Under the pieces are notes generated by a model. It was given only the letters and a program-made list of their open reading frames with translations, did no database searches and was not told the origin of the DNA. 49,985 nucleotides of DNA from positions 1-49,985 of the forward strand of contig RBNJ01000028.1 of the NCBI GenBank assembly GCA_003990765.1, given 5' to 3'. The position numbers and the translations under genes were made by a program. Shown in pieces: positions 46,348 to 49,985 of this stretch (position 1 is its first letter; every line of letters begins with the position of its first letter). Origin of the DNA: Jimgerdemannia flammicorona. Its lineage: Eukaryota.

Positions 46348-49300
46348 ATGAATAGTACAACCAACATTTTTTCTATGAACGTTAATGGGCTAAGGGGGAC
46401 TGGGAGGCGAGGTATGATTTTTGGATGGCTGAGGAAACTGGAGGCGGATCTCTTCTTACTTCAAGATGTATGGTGTGAGGGTGAGGAAGATAGCTTGGAA
46501 TGGACGAGGGAGTGGGGTGGGGGGGCAGTTTGGCAAGGCAAAGTGGGAATTCTGGTTAGGAAGGGGAAAGGGGACATTGCGGACACTGGACATTGGGGTA
46601 GTAGATTAGTGTGGGGGACATGGCAGCGGCCTGGATGGAACTCAATTGTGGTGGGATCTTGTTATTGCCCAGCTGAGAGGGGGACTCGAGTGGCATGGAT
46701 TGGAGATCTGCAGGATTCTGGGTGCTTGGCTGCAGCTGGGGTGGATTGTCTGGGGGGCGAATTTAATATGGTACGGGAGAGTAGGCTGGACAGAACGGAT
46801 GGGGGACGGGGTGTGGTTGGAAGGAGTGGGGGATTGGAGGATTGGGAAGAGGTGGAAAGACTCAGCTCACTGGTGGATGCCATGCGACTGCAGGATGGGG
46901 ACTGACATCTCTACACTCACTGGGTGGGTGGACTGGGCACAAGGATTGATTGGGTTCTGATGGCTGAGTGTTGGGGTAATGTGGTTTGGGAGACGATGGA
47001 GGTTGAGTGGTGCCCTTGGTCAGATCACTGGGGTATCCAGGGAGGAGGGAGGTTTGGTGGGAGTGGAGAGGGGCCAGGACATTGGCGTCTGAACTCTTCA
47101 TTGTTGGATGAGATGGACCTGTGGAATAATTGGGTGGTGGTGGTACGATCTAAGGTTCAGGATTGGAGGAGAGCTGGGATGAGGTTTGGAGACAGGTGGC
47201 GTAGACTGAAATCTGAGGCTCAGCAGTACTGGGGGGTAGTGGGGAAGGAGCGTGGTGCTCAGCGGAGGCGACAAGTCAGATGGGCATCTAGGAGGCTAGA
47301 AAGACTTCTGCTGAATTGGGCTGGTTTACTGGAGGAGGGGGAGGTTTTGGACTGGAGGGCTAAGCAGGCTAAGCTGGAAGTGGTGGAGCTGCAGGATGTG
47401 TTGAGAAAGGAGGAAGTAGTGCAGGCTCAGGCCTTGGCGGCGAGGCTCCGGTGGCAGGGATTGGAGGAAGGAGAAAGGCCCACAAGGTTTTTATCCTGTC
47501 TCCTTCTTGCTAGGGGGGTAAGGCACCAGTGGGAAGGAGTCCTGAATGATGAGAGGGAAATGGTTTTGGGTATGCAGGGGATTCTGGGCCAGCTGAGTGC
47601 CCACTGGAGTAACCTATGGAGTGAAGAGGAAGGAGGAGAGGTGGCACAGGACATTGAGCGACACCTGGAAGAGTGGCATCCGAATCCTGCTGCAGGGTTG
47701 GGGGACCTGGGCCAACCAGTTTTGGGAGAGGAGATCCTTCGGGTGCTGGCAACGACATCTCTGGGAACAGCACCCGGGGAGGATGGCTTGCCTTGGGACT
47801 TTTGGAAATGTATGGCATCCGTCGAGGAGGCACTGGAGGAGATGTCATTGATGTGTAATGAGGTCATAGGTACTGGGGAGTGGATTGGAGGGCAGTCGTT
47901 GGGGCTGGTGTCCCTGTTGTACAAAGACAAGGGGCGTAAGGAGGATTGGAAAAACTGGAGGCCAATTATGCTGCTGGATATGGACCGCAAACTGGTGACC
48001 AAAATTCTGGTGGCAAGGCTCCAGAGCATGGCGCAACGAGTGCTAGGAATGGAACAACGAGGCTTTGTAGGGGGCAGACTGATTCGGGATGGCACAGCTT
48101 GGGTTCATGGTGTTATTGAGGGAGCTCGGGCTGCAGGGGTGGATGGCTGCTTGGTATTCCTGGACCAGGAGAAGGCCTATGATAGGGTCCGGAGGGTATG
48201 GTTAGAGAAGGTACTGGAGCACATTGGGGTGCCGGTGGTCCTTTGTCGGTCACTTATTGGATTGTTGAAAGGGAGTAGGGCTGCGATTCTGGTGAATGGC
48301 CACAGAGGGGCTTCTTTTCCCTTGGGGAGGGGGGTGCCTCAGGGTGATCCATTGTCGCCTATCCTTTATGCCTTTGCCCTGGAGCCATTGTTGGATAGGA
48401 TCCGGCATAAGATTGGTGGACTGAATATCTTGGGTATCAATTGGAAGGTGGGGGCCTTCGCAGATGACATGGTGGTTGGGTTGGGCTTGGTGGCTGACGT
48501 GGCTATACTCAAGGAGACAGTTGAGTGGTATGAGTGGTGTTCTGGGGCAAAACTCAACTGGCACAAGTGTGAGACAATGGTCCTTGGGGAAGGGGTTGTA
48601 GGGGGGGATGTCATTGGAACAATTGTCCCGGCTGGAGGAGTGGTACGGTACTTGGGTATTTATTTCTCGGTGTATGGCTCCTTACTTCCCAAGGAGTGGT
48701 GGGAGCGCAAGCTGGTAGAATTGGGGAGGGTACTGACAAGTTGGGGTGGTAGACAGGTGTCACTGGCAGGAAGGGTAACTGTTCTGAATGTATATTGGAT
48801 GCCGAAACTTTGGTACCTGGGCTACCACTTAGACTTTCCTAAGTGGGTGGTTAAGAGGCTTCTCAAGATGGCCCGCTCTTGGCTCTGGACTGGATGCAAG
48901 AGTCAGATTGGTTGGGAGGTACTCGCACTTCCAGTGGATCGAGGGGGTCTGGGATTGGTGAACTTTCCGAAGAGGCTCCTCTGCTTAAGGGCATGGTGGT
49001 AGAAGAGAGCCAGCGAGCTGCGAGGAGGAGAATGGGTGCCCCTTATGCAGTGCTTATGGGAGACGAGGGTGTCGCCAAGGGGTGGCTCTGGGGATCTACT
49101 GTCCTTGGTGGCCTTGAATGGTAGCCAGAGGATGCGATACAAAGGATTCTGGTGGGGAGTGGTGGATGGAGCCCATCGCATTGGGATCCGTTGGCAAGGT
49201 ACTGAAGGGGATGAGGACTGGGGACTGGCGATGTGGAGGTGGGACAGGCTCTTATTGGGAGGGAATCTGGTCAAGGACTTCTGCTTAGGGGAGGGCATAG

Positions 49301-49985
49301 AGTGCCTTAGGGGTCTGGGGCAGGACCTCTGGCCGGAGACCTGGCAGGGGGCTGGGATCGGGGAGAGGTGGGACTAGGCAGGCATCTGGTCATGGATCAA
49401 GGTGGTTTCAAGATGGCTCCCGCCAAAATACTGGGTAGCATGGTAGAGGCTGTTGCGTCGGAATGTGATGCTAAACTTTAGGGCTGGTCATCTGGTGGAT
49501 GGCGGAGTCTTTGAGTGTGAGGAGTGTTTTAATGTAGGGCAGGAGGGAGGGGTGGCGCAGACCCCTGAACATTGGTTGGGGGAGTGCGAGAGTATGGAGG
49601 CATTTTGGAAGGTAGTTGGGGAGAGGCTGGGTGTGTCAGCGCCTGACCCTGAGGGGGGTGGGCAGTGGGCAGCACTGCAGTCGAGACTGGTGGGTGGGGT
49701 GGGGAATGAGTGGCTGACAGTTGGTTGGGCCATTGCAATTTGGGTAGGGCTTGCAGAACACTGGTGAAGTATCTTTGAGGGGGGCACCAGGGGGACCGTG
49801 CAAATGAGGGTTGTGCAGTGGGAGGAGCTGATGCTCGAGCTCTTCAAGGCATGGTGGATTGGTTGGGGCCCCAAGGGGGGGGGACGTAGGGGACTAGTCA
49901 GGAGGATTGTTGAGAAAAGTGGTGGGAGAGTTGTGGTGAGGGCGGATGGGGTGTCATTGGCAGGCACTATGGTGGGGGGGGGTCC
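46348..49985 (+). pseudogene. LINE ORF2: APE endonuclease, reverse transcriptase, C-terminal Cys/His zinc finger; five in-frame stops
   Basis: SMNVNGL, GGEFN, RIDW, SDH (APE). APGEDG, NWRPI, LDQEKAYDRV, GVPQGDPLSP, FADD (48457-48468), RYLG (RT). CEEC...EHWLGEC (zinc finger). Stops at 46903, 49000, 49375, 49444 and 49765. Confidence 0.93.

Larger units (their letters stand above)
44351..49985 (+). mobile_element. L1/Tx1-type LINE copy 3, near intact, runs off the window end
   Basis: 5' end TTCACCGGTAACATTCGGGTGACAC is shared with copies 1 and 2. Intact ORF1, 34-nt spacer, ORF2 in a single frame. Confidence 0.95.

Noticed and set aside
44507-49967. Many long minus-strand ORFs (e.g. 45399..46274, 45701..46303, 47427..48095)
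   Set aside because: Shadow frames of the G-rich LINE. They are Pro/Ser/Leu/His-rich with no motifs.
1-49985. Alternative genetic code or a prokaryotic/phage origin to explain in-frame stops and dUTPases
   Set aside because: Stops differ between copies and fit C-to-T/G-to-A changes. All dUTPases are embedded in LTR retrotransposon polyproteins.

Overview
Eukaryotic (most likely fungal) repeat-rich region made almost entirely of nested, variably decayed transposable elements; no host gene, RNA gene or CRISPR array is supported. It contains: (i) three copies of one Ty3/Gypsy chromovirus family (1-4442 minus, 10416-28068 minus full length, ~30465-33068 plus). This family has ~2.05 kb TG...CA LTRs carrying a ~365-codon ORF in U3 with an apparent promoter of its own, a tRNA-type PBS, and a gag-CCHC-dUTPase-protease-RT-RNaseH-integrase-chromodomain order. 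(ii) Two other Ty3/Gypsy elements with a dUTPase upstream of RT, one of them with an extra ORF after integrase. (iii) A Ty1/Copia pol split by the full-length chromovirus. (iv) Three copies of a G-rich L1/Tx1-type LINE, two of which have lost the RT core by different deletions. (v) Two copies of a ~1.2 kb poly(A)/TSD non-autonomous retroposon. (vi) A Penelope-like RT element with a large palindromic 5' end. (vii) Two hAT-type MITEs, one containing a long internal fold-back. Older copies show heavy C-to-T/G-to-A change at CpG and CpA (RIP/methylation-like). All translations and alignments were done by eye, so internal domain boundaries are approximate.
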